Shown: positions 1-9,625, counted from the stretch's first letter. The stretch: DNA of 21,080 nt from Myxococcota bacterium (GCA_036149055.1 JAYZQJ010000136.1:1-21080); one strand, 5' to 3'. Program-made: numbers and translations. The notes: generated by a model not told the origin, from the sequence alone.

Positions 1-411
1 CGCTTCGTGGACGAGCACACCGCGTGTCGGCGGAAGTGGCGCGCCGGGGACCGCGACGTGATCTACCCGGCCGGCACCTACGAGATGGCGGTCGAGCATC
101 GGATGAGCGTCGCCGAGCCGCGCGAAGACGCCTGGCTCTGCGCGCCGGGAGACCTCTCGATGGTGCCCGAAGGAGGCCGACGGAAGGTGACGGTCGCGGT
201 CGACGTCGACGGGGTGATGGAGGCGTTGAAGGAGGACGCGCTCGGCGAGGTCACGCAGCCCGGCGACGTGCTGCGGCCCGACGAAGAGCGCGCGGACGGC
301 GAAGCCGAGGGCACGGAGCTCGAGTCCCCGGCCCGCAGCGCCGAGCGCGAGCACCCGCCGCGCCAGGTCACGCACCGCACGCGCCGGCGGAAGCCGAAGG
401 CGCCGTCGTAG
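1..411 (+). CDS. C-terminal part (5'-truncated by window) of a probable Y1/HUH REP-associated (RAYT-like) transposase
   Basis: Frame is open from base 1 to TAG at 409-411. The segment WRAGDRDVIYPAGTY resembles, from memory, the conserved C-terminal W-R-x-G-x-R-D-V-x-F-P-x-G-T-Y motif of myxobacterial Y1-type transposases. The catalytic HUH/Tyr domain would lie upstream of the window and cannot be checked. Confidence 0.55.
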   Translation, partial: RFVDEHTACRRKWRAGDRDVIYPAGTYEMAVEHRMSVAEPREDAWLCAPGDLSMVPEGGRRKVTVAVDVDGVMEALKEDALGEVTQPGDVLRPDEERADGEAEGTELESPARSAEREHPPRQVTHRTRRRKPKAPS

Positions 412-612
412 CTCGGCTCAGAGGCCGTCGAAGGCCACGCGCGGCTCGGTGACGGCCCGGGCCGCGCGTTCTTGCGTCCGTCTTCGGACGTGAGGTGTAT
501 GAATCTGCTCTGAGCGGCTGGATGGGGGTCGTTCGGGGAGCTCCGTCGAGGCTTCGTTCAGAGCGCTGGGCGTCAGAGCTTACTCGCGGCGCGAAATACG
601 CGGCCGGAGGGC

Positions 613-676
613 GTTGATCGAGGGTCAACCTGGGTAGAGGAGCGAGCAGATGGCGCTCAACCTGGGTTTGCCCAGG
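613..676. repeat. Short direct repeat plus hairpins; possible transposase-associated terminal/REP motif or bidirectional terminator
   Basis: TCAACCTGGGT occurs at 625-635 and 657-667. Hairpin CCTGGG-tttg-CCCAGG at 661-676 and GTTGA-n7-TCAAC at 613-629. Lies between the convergent ORF1 and trpA. Confidence 0.45.
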
Positions 677-690
677 CCAACGATGCCCCC

Positions 691-1488
691 TCAGCGTCGC
701 GCGCCGGCAGCGAGCGCTCGCACGAGCTCCTTCACCGCGGCGACGCGACCCTCATCGCTCGTGGCGCCGTGAATCGCCCGCACGACCGCGCTCCCCACCA
801 CGGCGCCGTCCGCTTGCGCGGCCACCGTGCGCACGTCGTCGGGAGACGTGATCCCGAAGCCGACCGCGACCGGCTTGCCGGTGGTCTCTCGGATCTCGGC
901 GGCGCGGCGGGCCGCGGCGGCGAGGTCGGCGCCCGCCTTGCCGGTCACGCCGGTCATCGAGACGTAATAGAGGAACGAGCCCGCCACTTCGGCCGCCGCG
1001 GCGACGCGGGAGGCGGGGCTCGTCGGGGCGACGAGCGGGACGAAGTCGAGGCCGTGCTCGCGCAGGGGCCCGAGGAGGGGGGCTGCGCTCTCGGGCGGCA
1101 GGTCGACCACCAGGAGGCCGTCGACGCCGGCGTCTCGCGCGTCCTTTGCGAGGCGTGCCTCCCCGTAACGGAGGATGGGGTTGTAATAACCGAAGAGCAG
1201 CACCGGCACGTCGGTCCGCGCGCGGGCCTTCTTCACCGCGGCGAGCACGCCGGGCAGGGTCGCGCCGGCCGCCAGCGCGCGCTCGCTCGCCTGCTGGATG
1301 GTCGGTCCGTCGGCGGTGGGGTCGCTGAAGGGCATCCCGACCTCGATGACGTCGGCGCCCGCCTCGGCCGCGGCGACGATGAGCTCGGGCGTGATCGCGA
1401 GGTCCGGGTCGCCGGCGCAGAGATAGATGACGAGCGCGGCTCGGTCTTCCTCGCGAGCGCGCGCGAAGGCGTCTGCGATGCGCGACAT
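691..1488 (-). CDS. trpA: Tryptophan synthase alpha subunit
   Basis: MSRIADAF start; motifs IEVGMPFSDPTADGPTIQ, YYNPI, YYVSMTGVTG, VGFGI and VVGSA. The ATG at 1488 overlaps the trpB TGA (TGATG). The ORF-track start at 2286 is too far upstream. Confidence 0.97.
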   Translation of the reverse strand: MSRIADAFARAREEDRAALVIYLCAGDPDLAITPELIVAAAEAGADVIEVGMPFSDPTADGPTIQQASERALAAGATLPGVLAAVKKARARTDVPVLLFGYYNPILRYGEARLAKDARDAGVDGLLVVDLPPESAAPLLGPLREHGLDFVPLVAPTSPASRVAAAAEVAGSFLYYVSMTGVTGKAGADLAAAARRAAEIRETTGKPVAVGFGITSPDDVRTVAAQADGAVVGSAVVRAIHGATSDEGRVAAVKELVRALAAGARR

Positions 1489-2657
1489 CAGCCGGCCTCC
1501 AGCACGGTGTTCAGGTCCTTGTCGCCGCGTCCCGAGAGGTTGAGCACGATGAGCGACGCGTCCTCCGCGACGCGCTCCAACGCCGCGACCGCGTGGCTCG
1601 TCTCGAGCGCGGGCAGGATGCCCTCGGTGCGCGCGAGACGGTGGAAGGCCGCGAGCGCCTCGTCGTCGGTGACACTGACGTACTCCGCGCGGCCGCTGTC
1701 GGCGAGCCACGCGTGCTCGGGGCCGACGCCCGGGTAGTCGAGGCCGGCGCTCACCGAGTGCGCCTCCTGGATCTGTCCGTCGTCGGACTGGAGCACGAAG
1801 GTCCGCATGCCGTGGAGCACGCCCTCCGCGCCGCCGCCGATCGTCGCCGCGTGCCGCGGGGTCTCGACGCCCTCCCCGGCCGCCTCGACGCCGATCAACC
1901 GCACGCCCTCGTCGCCGACGAAGGGATGAAAGATCCCGATCGCGTTGCTGCCGCCGCCGACGCACGCGACCACCGCGTCCGGGAGCTTCCCGCGCCGCTC
2001 GAGGATCTGCGCGCGCGCCTCCTCGCCGATCACCTTCTGGAGGTCCCGCACGAGCGTGGGGTACGGGTGCGGCCCGGCCGCGGAGCCGACGCAGTAGTAG
2101 GTGGTCTCGACGTTCGTGACCCAGTCGCGCAGCGCCTCGTTCATCGCATCCTTCAGGGTCCGCGAGCCGCTCTGCACCGGGACGACCTTGGCGCCGAGCA
2201 GCTCCATGCGCTTCACGTTCGGCGCCTGACGGCGCACGTCCTCCGCCCCCATGAAGACCTCGCAGTCGAGGCCGAGGAGCGCGCACGCGGTGGCGGTGGC
2301 GACGCCGTGCTGGCCGGCCCCGGTCTCCGCGATCACCCTCCGCTTGCCCATGCGCTCGGCGAGCAGGACCTGGCCGACGGTGTTGTTCACCTTGTGCGCC
2401 CCGGTGTGGGCGAGGTCCTCGCGCTTGAGCCAGACCGCCGCGCCCACCGCCTCGCTCAGCCGCGCCGCGTGATACAGCGGCGTCGGGCGACCGACGTAGT
2501 CGCGCAGCAGCGCGTCGAGGCGAGCGACGAAGGCGTCGTCACCGCGGGCCTCGGCCCAGGCGGCGTCGAGCTCGTCGAGCGCGGGGACGAGGGTCTCGGC
2601 GACGTAGCGGCCGCCGAAGCGACCGAACATCCCGGCGGAGGAAGGGGCGGAGCTCAC
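1488..2657 (-). CDS. trpB: Tryptophan synthase beta subunit
   Basis: [24 protein letters not shown] (PLP lysine), [28 protein letters not shown] and NLSGRGDKD motifs. Confidence 0.98.
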   Translation of the reverse strand: MSSAPSSAGMFGRFGGRYVAETLVPALDELDAAWAEARGDDAFVARLDALLRDYVGRPTPLYHAARLSEAVGAAVWLKREDLAHTGAHKVNNTVGQVLLAERMGKRRVIAETGAGQHGVATATACALLGLDCEVFMGAEDVRRQAPNVKRMELLGAKVVPVQSGSRTLKDAMNEALRDWVTNVETTYYCVGSAAGPHPYPTLVRDLQKVIGEEARAQILERRGKLPDAVVACVGGGSNAIGIFHPFVGDEGVRLIGVEAAGEGVETPRHAATIGGGAEGVLHGMRTFVLQSDDGQIQEAHSVSAGLDYPGVGPEHAWLADSGRAEYVSVTDDEALAAFHRLARTEGILPALETSHAVAALERVAEDASLIVLNLSGRGDKDLNTVLEAG

Positions 2658-2669
2658 GGTGGAGATCTA

Positions 2670-3281
2670 TCACGCTCCCCGGCAGGCGCGTACGAAGGCC
2701 TCCACCTTCGCCCGGTCCTTCACGCCGGGCGCCGCCTCGACGCCGCTCGCCACGTCGACGCCCATCGGGCGTACGGCGTCGATGGCGACAGCCACATTGT
2801 CTGGACGCAGGCCGCCAGCGAGCCAGACGGAGCGCGCCTCCGCGACCCGCGCCGCGAGCGCCCAGTCGGCGGTCCTCCCGGTGCCGCCCGGGAGCTCGGC
2901 GGTGCGCGCGTCGACCAGCAGCTCGTCGCCAGGCCAGCGCAGCGCGCCCTCGAGGTCCGCCTCCGTCTCGACGTGCAGCGCCTTGTAGGCGTCGGGGAGC
3001 AGCGCCTCGAGGTCGGCGCGGCCCTCGCCGCCGTGGAGCTGGATCCAGGGGACGCCCACCGCGCGGATGCGGACCAGGTCGGTCGGGGGCGCGTCGACGA
3101 CGACCCCGACCAGGCGCGCGGCGTCTCCCACCGCCCGCGCGATCGCCTCGGCCGCCTCCCAGGAGACGCGGCGCTTGCTCCTCGGCCAGAAGTTGAGCCC
3201 CAACGCGTTCGCGCCCGCCTGCACGCAGGCGAGCGCGTCGTCCACGGTCGTGATCCCGCAGACCTTGATCTCGACGGTCAC
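2670..3281 (-). CDS. trpF: Phosphoribosylanthranilate isomerase
   Basis: KVCGIT, QLHG, GGTGRTADW, LAGGL and GVDVASGVE motifs; directly upstream of trpB. Confidence 0.95.
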   Translation of the reverse strand: MTVEIKVCGITTVDDALACVQAGANALGLNFWPRSKRRVSWEAAEAIARAVGDAARLVGVVVDAPPTDLVRIRAVGVPWIQLHGGEGRADLEALLPDAYKALHVETEADLEGALRWPGDELLVDARTAELPGGTGRTADWALAARVAEARSVWLAGGLRPDNVAVAIDAVRPMGVDVASGVEAAPGVKDRAKVEAFVRACRGA

Positions 3282-3282
3282 G

Positions 3283-3657
3283 TCAGAGCTTCAGGAGCTC
3301 TTTCACCTTCGCGATCACCTGGGGCGCCTGGATGGGCTTGGTGATGTACGCGTTGGCGCCGAGGGCCATCGCCCGCTGACGGTCCTCGGTCGAGCCCTCG
3401 GTCGTGATGATGATGATCGGGACGTCCTTGTGGGTCTCGTCCGAGCGGATGCGCTTGACGAGCTTGAGGCCGTCCATGATCGGCATGTTGATGTCGGTGA
3501 CGACGAGGTCGAAGCGCGTGTTCGCGAGCTTGCGCAGGGCATCGACGCCGTCCTCGGCCTCGGTGACGGCGATCTTCTTGATCCGCGCGAGCGCGAACAC
3601 CAAGAGCTGCCGCATCATCGGCGAGTCCTCGACGACCAGGCATGAGAAGTCGGCCAT
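3283..3657 (-). CDS. cheY: Single-domain response regulator (CheY-like)
   Basis: Receiver motifs VVEDS, TDINMP (phosphoacceptor Asp), ITT and KP; 124 aa with no output domain. Confidence 0.9.
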   Translation of the reverse strand: MADFSCLVVEDSPMMRQLLVFALARIKKIAVTEAEDGVDALRKLANTRFDLVVTDINMPIMDGLKLVKRIRSDETHKDVPIIIITTEGSTEDRQRAMALGANAYITKPIQAPQVIAKVKELLKL

Positions 3658-3684
3658 GGGCTCTCGAAAGCTCCTCGGGAAAGC

Positions 3685-4554
3685 TCAGGAAGAAGGGGGT
3701 TGGGTGAGGTGACCCGCCACCCCCGACAGCGCCACGAGCGCGCCGTCGGCGTCGGCGTAGAGGTTGGCGGCGATGAGCGCGGTGGCGGCGTGGCTGCCCA
3801 GGAGCTTGAACAGCTCGTGGTCCACCGCCGCCCAGCGCTCCTTCTGCTCGAAGACGGTGGCGACGGCGATGACGCCGACCGCCTGGTCCCGGACCATGAT
3901 CGGGACCGCGGCGAGCGGGGCCTCGAGGGTCCCGCCCTCGTCCCACCGCTCGCTGACCTTGGGGATGCCGGTCATCATGACCTCCCCGACGACGCCCTCG
4001 CCCTTGATGACCGGAGAGAGCGCGGACAGCTCCACGCCGTCGCACGCGAGCGGCTTGGCGGCCGTCCCGTCCCCGTCCATCAGGTAGATGGCGTAGATCT
4101 CGGCGCCGACCAGCTGCTGCAGCAGCTCCTTGAGATGCTTGACCACCCCGCGCACCGAGAGCGTCGAGTGGAGGTGCGAGCTCGCGATGTAGAGGTTCGC
4201 CAGATCGTGCAGCTCCTGCTCGACCTCGACGTTGCGCGTCTCCTTCTGGCGGGTCGTCTCCTCGAGCTCGGTGGACTTCTCGAGCAGCTTGTTCCGCTCG
4301 GTCTCCAGCGACTCGATCTTCTTGAGGAGGTCCCGGATCGCGTCGTCGCTCGCGACCTGCGCGCGCAGCATCGCGATCTCGCGCTGGGCGGCGTTGAGCT
4401 TGTCGTGGAGGGTCTTGTTCTCCTCGAGGACCGTCTCCGTCAGCTCGACCCCCTTGCGGAGGAACTGGCGCACGAACGTCTCGCGCTCCCGGGTGAGATC
4501 CACCGGGACGTCACTCGTCCTCTGCCCTCGCTGCTCCGACTCTTCGTCCGACAT
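3685..4554 (-). CDS. Coiled-coil plus GAF domain protein
   Basis: N-terminal charged heptad-rich helix (about aa 35-120). The C-terminus has a GAF pattern (GEGVVGEV, LAAVPIMV, AVGVIAV, DHELFKLLGSHAATAL) and there is no output domain. Confidence 0.8.
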   Translation of the reverse strand: MSDEESEQRGQRTSDVPVDLTRERETFVRQFLRKGVELTETVLEENKTLHDKLNAAQREIAMLRAQVASDDAIRDLLKKIESLETERNKLLEKSTELEETTRQKETRNVEVEQELHDLANLYIASSHLHSTLSVRGVVKHLKELLQQLVGAEIYAIYLMDGDGTAAKPLACDGVELSALSPVIKGEGVVGEVMMTGIPKVSERWDEGGTLEAPLAAVPIMVRDQAVGVIAVATVFEQKERWAAVDHELFKLLGSHAATALIAANLYADADGALVALSGVAGHLTQPPSS

Positions 4555-4603
4555 GTGGCGCGACCGGATGATACACGCTCGGCGAGCCCGGACGCGGATT
4601 TTC

Positions 4604-5674
4604 TCACGAGTCCGCGAACAGCCGCGCGAGCCGATTCCCCAGCACTTTCAGGGGGAGCGACTCGTCGACGACGCCCGTCTTGAGCGCGCACTTCGGCATC
4701 CCGTCGATGATGGCGTCCTCGGGGTCCTGCACGATGACGCGGCCGCCCTCGCGCTTGACGTCGACGACGCCCTTCGCGCCGTCGTCGCCCATCCCGGTCA
4801 TCACCACCGCGGTCACGCGCTTGCCGGCGCCGCGGGCGGCCGAGGTCAGCGCGCGGTCGGCCGAGGGCACGTAGCGGTCGTCGGGGTCGGGGGGCACCAC
4901 CCGCACGGCGAAGCCGTCGCGCACCCGCGCGATCTCGATGCAGCGCCCGCCCGGACAGACCACCGCGCGCCCGGCCCGGAGCCGGTCTCCGTCGGCGGCC
5001 TCGGTGACCCGCAGCCCGCCGAGCCGATCGAGGCGCTCGGCGAAGGTGCGGGTGAAGCGGACCGGCATGTGCTGCACGACGACCACCGCGACCGGCAGGT
5101 CCGAGTCGAAGCTCGCGAACATGTCGACCAGCGCCGAGGGCCCGCCGGTCGACGACGCGATCAGCAGGAGATGCCGCGGCATGTCCTGGTTGGGCAGCGG
5201 GCGCTCGTCGGCCTTCGGCACCGTGCGCAGGATCGAGCTGACGGTCGAGCGCCCCGCGTCGCGGCCGATGCGCGCGGGCTGGAGCTGCCGCACCATCATC
5301 ACCTTCTGGATCAGCTCCTCGCGGATGACGTTGAGGCGCTCACCGGGCGCGGCCGCCGGTTTGGCGACGAAGTCGAGGGCGCCGAGCTCGAGAGCCCGGA
5401 AGACGTTTTGCTTCGCGGAGTGGCTCGAGACGACGATGACCGGCGTCGGGCGCCGCGCCATCACGAAGCGCAGGAAGCTGAAGCCGTCCATCTTCGGCAT
5501 CTCGAGATCGAGCGTGATGAGGTCCGGCTCCATCGTGCCGAGCATGCGGAGCGCCTCTTCGCCGTTGGCGGCCTTGCCGACGACCTTGACCCCCTCGATC
5601 GTCTCGAGGATCTCGCCGATGAGCTTCCGGTTGAACGCGGAGTCGTCGACGACCAGAACCCGGAGGGCTCTCAC
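4604..5674 (-). CDS. cheB: Chemotaxis response regulator protein-glutamate methylesterase
   Basis: N-terminal receiver (VLVVDDS, TLDLEMP). Catalytic Ser/His/Asp are present in SSTGGP, QHMP and TGMGDDG. The GTG start at 5674 overlaps the cheR stop (GTGA). Confidence 0.95.
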   Translation of the reverse strand: MRALRVLVVDDSAFNRKLIGEILETIEGVKVVGKAANGEEALRMLGTMEPDLITLDLEMPKMDGFSFLRFVMARRPTPVIVVSSHSAKQNVFRALELGALDFVAKPAAAPGERLNVIREELIQKVMMVRQLQPARIGRDAGRSTVSSILRTVPKADERPLPNQDMPRHLLLIASSTGGPSALVDMFASFDSDLPVAVVVVQHMPVRFTRTFAERLDRLGGLRVTEAADGDRLRAGRAVVCPGGRCIEIARVRDGFAVRVVPPDPDDRYVPSADRALTSAARGAGKRVTAVVMTGMGDDGAKGVVDVKREGGRVIVQDPEDAIIDGMPKCALKTGVVDESLPLKVLGNRLARLFADS

Positions 5675-6558
5675 GTGCGCTCTCCCTTCCCGCCGAAGCT
5701 GATCTTGGTCCGCGGCCGCCGGTACACCATGTCGGTGCTCAGGTGCACGAGCTCGAACGCGGTGGTGGAATTCAAGAGTGACTCGCTGTGTCCGAGGAAG
5801 AGGTACCCCCCTGGATAGAGCCGCTCGTAGAAGGTGTCGATGACTCGGCTCCGCGCGCGCTCGTCGAAGTAGATGAGCACGTTGCGACAGAAGACCGCGT
5901 CGGCGCGGCCGATCAGCGCGCTGCGGTCCCGGTCGAGCAGGTTCAGGTGCCCGAAGTGACACATGCCTCGGATGTGGGGGACCACCTGCCGGCCATCCGG
6001 CGTCTCGACGAAGTACTGCTCGTACTCGGGCGGCATCGCCCGGAAGCTCGAGGAGCCGTAGGTGGCGCGACGCGCGACGGCGAGCACGCGCCTCGAGATG
6101 TCGTTGCCGAAGATGCGGACGTCCCAGCCCTCGAAGAGCTTCGAGTCCTGGACGAGGATGGCGAGGGTGTAGACCTCCTCGCCGGTCGAGCAGCCCGCGC
6201 TCCACAAGGTGAGGCTCCGGCGGCCCTCGCCCTCGAGTCGCTCGCGGAGCTCGGGCAGGACCTCGTAGCGGAAGGCGCGGAGCTGATAGTCCTCGCGGAA
6301 GAAGTACGTCTCGTTCGTGACGAGCGCGTCGACCGCCGCCTCCATCTCCGCCTTGGCGTTCGGGTGGTAGAGGAGGTGGTGGTAATACTGCGTGTAATCG
6401 TCGAGGCCGAGCTCGCGCACGCGATCCCGGAGCCGCCGCTCGAAGACGTACTGCGCGTCGTCCGAGAAGGTCATGCCGCAGAAGCGGTTGATCAGCTCGC
6501 GGAGGAGCCTGAACTCCTCCGGCTGAAGCGGCGGCCCGGTGTCGAAGAGGATCGACAC
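5671..6558 (-). CDS. cheR: Chemotaxis protein-glutamate methyltransferase
   Basis: TNETYFFRE, WSAGCSTGEEVY, FCRNVLIYFD and LFLGHSESL motifs. Confidence 0.96.
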   Translation of the reverse strand: MSILFDTGPPLQPEEFRLLRELINRFCGMTFSDDAQYVFERRLRDRVRELGLDDYTQYYHHLLYHPNAKAEMEAAVDALVTNETYFFREDYQLRAFRYEVLPELRERLEGEGRRSLTLWSAGCSTGEEVYTLAILVQDSKLFEGWDVRIFGNDISRRVLAVARRATYGSSSFRAMPPEYEQYFVETPDGRQVVPHIRGMCHFGHLNLLDRDRSALIGRADAVFCRNVLIYFDERARSRVIDTFYERLYPGGYLFLGHSESLLNSTTAFELVHLSTDMVYRRPRTKISFGGKGERT

Positions 6559-6562
6559 GCGG

Positions 6563-8596
6563 TCAGCCCTCCTCCCCGTCGAGGTCGGCGTCGAGGGCGG
6601 TGTCGATCGACTCGCGCACGCCCCGGTCCGCTTCGCGCTCGCGACGGCGCGAGAGCGCGGCCCGGGCGTCGTCGGTCCCGAGCTGCCCGAGGAGCGAGGC
6701 GGCCAGCTGCCGCACGTCCCAGGCCGAGTGCTCGAGCGCCAGCCCGATCCGGGCCTCGCGGCGGGGGGTGTCCGACTGCGCGATCGCGCGCAGCGCCTCC
6801 TTCACGAGCTCCTCGTCGTCTTGGCCCAGCGCCTCGACGAGCAGGTCGTCGAGCGCCGGATCCTCCATCAGCCGGAGCGCCTCCATCGCGGCCACCGCGA
6901 CCCCGGGGCGCCCCTCCTTCACCAGCTCGCGCAGGGTGGCGAGCGACGCCCGGTCGCCGATCTGGCCCAGCGCGCGCGCGGCGGCGGCGACCACCGGCTC
7001 GAAGCTCGCGCGGAGCGCCAGCCGGAGCTGAGCCACCCCGAGCTCGCCGCCGCGGCTGAGCTGCCCGAGCACCATGACCGCGGCGACCTGCACGTCGACG
7101 TCCTCGTCGGCGAGCGCGAAGCCGGCCAGCTCCACCGCCCGCTCGCCGCCGAGCTTGGGCAGGGCCATCACCGCGGCGCGGCGCGCGCGAGGGTCGTCGG
7201 CGTTCAGCGTGGCCTGCAGGAGGTCCGTGGCGCTCTGCCCGCCGAGCGCGGCGACCGCCGGGAGCAGCGCCGCGCCGAGCGGGCCATCGAGCGGCAGCGA
7301 GCCGAGCTGCGCCTCGACCGCGTCGGGGGCGCTCGCCGCGAGCCGCTCGAGCGCGCGCCCGGCCGCGCGGGCGACGTGCTCGGGGAAGGCCCTCGCCGCG
7401 GCGACCAGCGCCGGCGCGTCCTCGGCCTCGGCCCAGCGGCCGAGCGCCTCCGCGGCCGCGCCGACCGCGATCCCGTCTCCGCTCTGGAGCGTGTCGCGCA
7501 GCGCCACGCGGAGCGCCTTCAGTACGTCGGGCGCGGGCTCGGCGCGGGCCGCCAGGTCGCTCGCCATCTGGAGGGCCACCGCCCGGGCGCGGGGCGGCAG
7601 CCCGGGCGCCGCCTGCACGAGCGGCCCGATCGCGGGGCCGCCCCACCGGCGGATCACGTCGAGCGCGATCGGCGGGAGGCGATCGTCGGCGGCGAGCTCC
7701 GCCGCGGCTCCGAGGCTCTCTTCGTCCCGCGCGAGCAGCAGCACCCAGGTCGCCGCGCGGCGCGCCTCGTCACGGCCGCTCTGCGAGACGCCGCGGAGCT
7801 GCTTGCGCACCGGCTCACCGAGCTGCTTCGCGCGCCTCGCCATCTCGCGCGCGACCGGGCCGCCGCGCGAGAGGAGGCGGCCGAGCGCGACCGTCGCCTC
7901 GAGCGCCGCCGCCCCGCCGTCCTCGAGCGCGTCGAGCAGCGCGTCGGCCGCGCCGGGCTCCTCGCTGTAGCCGAGCACTCGGAGCGCGAGCCGCCGCACG
8001 AGGCGATCCTGGAGGAGCGGAGTGAGCGCCTCGAGCGAGACCTGCGCCTGCAGCCGCTCCAGGCCCTCGAGCGCCGCCAGACGCTGCACCGGATCCTCTG
8101 CGGCCAGGTGACCGCGCAGCGCCTCCTCGGCCCGCTCCCCGCCCACGCGGGCCAGCGCCTCGATGGCGGCCTGCGCGGGGTTGGGCTCCGGGTCGCGGCT
8201 CAGCTCGGCGAGCTTCTCGACGCCCGCGCCGCCGGCGAACCCGAGCGCGGCGACGACGAACTTGCGCGCCGCCTCCGGGACGCGGGGCAGCGCCACCAGG
8301 AGCGCGTTGGCGGCCCGGGGGCCGAGCCGCTCGAGCACCTCGAGCGCAGAGTTCCGCAGGCCGACGTTCTCTCCCTGGCAGATGCCGTCGACCAGCTCGG
8401 GGAGCAGGCCCCACTCCTCGGCCACGGTGGCCGCGATGCGCGCCCCCTCCTTGCGCACCCGCCAGTCGACGTCGCCGAGCGCACGGATCAACAGCGCCGA
8501 GCGGTCGGTGGCGCCGGCCGAGGCGAGGGCCGCGGTCGCGCGCCGACGCTCCTCGGGATCCTCGCTGTCCATCGCCGCCCTCAGGTCGTCACTCAC
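6563..8596 (-). CDS. HEAT/PBS-lyase-like repeat protein
   Basis: Repeated alpha-solenoid units such as LGDVDWRVRKEGA, LAAEDPVQRLAALEGL, LNADDPRARRAAVMAL, LADEDVDVQVAAV and LEHSAWDVRQLAA. Overlaps cheW by 8 bp. Confidence 0.85.
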   Translation of the reverse strand: MSDDLRAAMDSEDPEERRRATAALASAGATDRSALLIRALGDVDWRVRKEGARIAATVAEEWGLLPELVDGICQGENVGLRNSALEVLERLGPRAANALLVALPRVPEAARKFVVAALGFAGGAGVEKLAELSRDPEPNPAQAAIEALARVGGERAEEALRGHLAAEDPVQRLAALEGLERLQAQVSLEALTPLLQDRLVRRLALRVLGYSEEPGAADALLDALEDGGAAALEATVALGRLLSRGGPVAREMARRAKQLGEPVRKQLRGVSQSGRDEARRAATWVLLLARDEESLGAAAELAADDRLPPIALDVIRRWGGPAIGPLVQAAPGLPPRARAVALQMASDLAARAEPAPDVLKALRVALRDTLQSGDGIAVGAAAEALGRWAEAEDAPALVAAARAFPEHVARAAGRALERLAASAPDAVEAQLGSLPLDGPLGAALLPAVAALGGQSATDLLQATLNADDPRARRAAVMALPKLGGERAVELAGFALADEDVDVQVAAVMVLGQLSRGGELGVAQLRLALRASFEPVVAAAARALGQIGDRASLATLRELVKEGRPGVAVAAMEALRLMEDPALDDLLVEALGQDDEELVKEALRAIAQSDTPRREARIGLALEHSAWDVRQLAASLLGQLGTDDARAALSRRREREADRGVRESIDTALDADLDGEEG

Positions 8597-9101
8597 GGGC
8601 GCCCCCTTCGAGGAGGTGGTCGATCGCCTCGAGGTCGATGACCTCGGTCACCGCGGCGATGCGGTCGACGTCGAGCACGAACACCAGCTTGCCGTCGTAC
8701 ACGTAGACCGCGGAGATGCCGCGCGCGGCGTCGCCGACCCCGATCTGCGGCACCGAGCGCTGGTCGGGCTGGCCGGCGCCGAAGACGTCGGTGACGCCGT
8801 CGACCACGAGCCCCGCGAGGCGCTGGCCGAGCTCCACCACGATCCACTTCGTCCGCCGGGTCGGCTGCACCGCGGGGAGCCCGAAGCGGCGGCGCACGTC
8901 GAGGATGGGCACGACCTCGCCGCGGTGGTCGCTGACCCCCAGCACCGCCGGCGGCGCGTGGGTGATCGGCACGATCTCCAGCGGGGTGATGATCTCGCGC
9001 ACCCGATGGATGTCGACGGCGTAGTGCACGTCGCCGATGGTGAAGCCCACCAGGTTCTTGCTGCGATCGCCGCGCCGTCTCGCGAGGTTCGCCATGGTCA
9101 C
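8589..9101 (-). CDS. cheW: Chemotaxis coupling protein CheW (second copy)
   Basis: VGFTIGDVHYAVDI, VREII, GVSDHRGEVVPILD and GLVVDGV motifs. Start is GTG 9101 (4-bp overlap) or ATG 9095. Confidence 0.92.
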   Translation of the reverse strand: MTMANLARRRGDRSKNLVGFTIGDVHYAVDIHRVREIITPLEIVPITHAPPAVLGVSDHRGEVVPILDVRRRFGLPAVQPTRRTKWIVVELGQRLAGLVVDGVTDVFGAGQPDQRSVPQIGVGDAARGISAVYVYDGKLVFVLDVDRIAAVTEVIDLEAIDHLLEGGARE

Positions 9102-9625
9102 CTCTTCAAGAGGGGCTCGGGGTCCAGGAGGATCAGGATGTCGTCCTGCTCTCCCCCCTCTTCGGAGGCGCCGCCGGGGCGGCCGATCCCGAAGACGTAC
9201 TCCGAGAGATCGCCGGCCACGACGGCCGCCATCTCCATCTCCTCCTCGTGGAGGCGGTAGACCTGGTGCACCTCGTCCACGAGCATGCCGATGATCTCCT
9301 CGCCGCCGTCGACGAGCAGGATGCGGCTCTGCTTGGTGCTCGTGGCCTTGGGCATGCGGAGCCGCCGCCGCAGGTCGATGACCGTCGTGATGCGCCCGCG
9401 CACCGAGAGGATGCCGAGCACGTACGGCTTCGCCCGTGGCACCTCGGTGATCGGCTGCACCTTGAGGATCTCCCGGACCGCGCCGAGCGGGAGCGCGAAC
9501 GCCTCCCCGGCCAGCCCGAACGCGAGGAACTCGCTGACCTCGGCCCGTCGATCCGGCCGGGCCCGGCTCTTGGGCGGCGCCGAGGGGATCAGCGTCTCGC
9601 GCTTCTGGATCTTGCCGCCGCTCAC
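9098..9625 (-). CDS. cheW: Chemotaxis coupling protein CheW (first copy)
   Basis: FLAFGLAGEAFAL, VREIL, ITEVP, GILSVRGRITTVIDL and GMLVDEV motifs; 4-bp overlap with the cheA stop. Confidence 0.93.
   Translation of the reverse strand: MSGGKIQKRETLIPSAPPKSRARPDRRAEVSEFLAFGLAGEAFALPLGAVREILKVQPITEVPRAKPYVLGILSVRGRITTVIDLRRRLRMPKATSTKQSRILLVDGGEEIIGMLVDEVHQVYRLHEEEMEMAAVVAGDLSEYVFGIGRPGGASEEGGEQDDILILLDPEPLLKR

Noticed and set aside
3282..3282. Trp attenuator or leader peptide upstream of trpF
   Set aside because: There is no intergenic space and no Trp-codon leader is visible.
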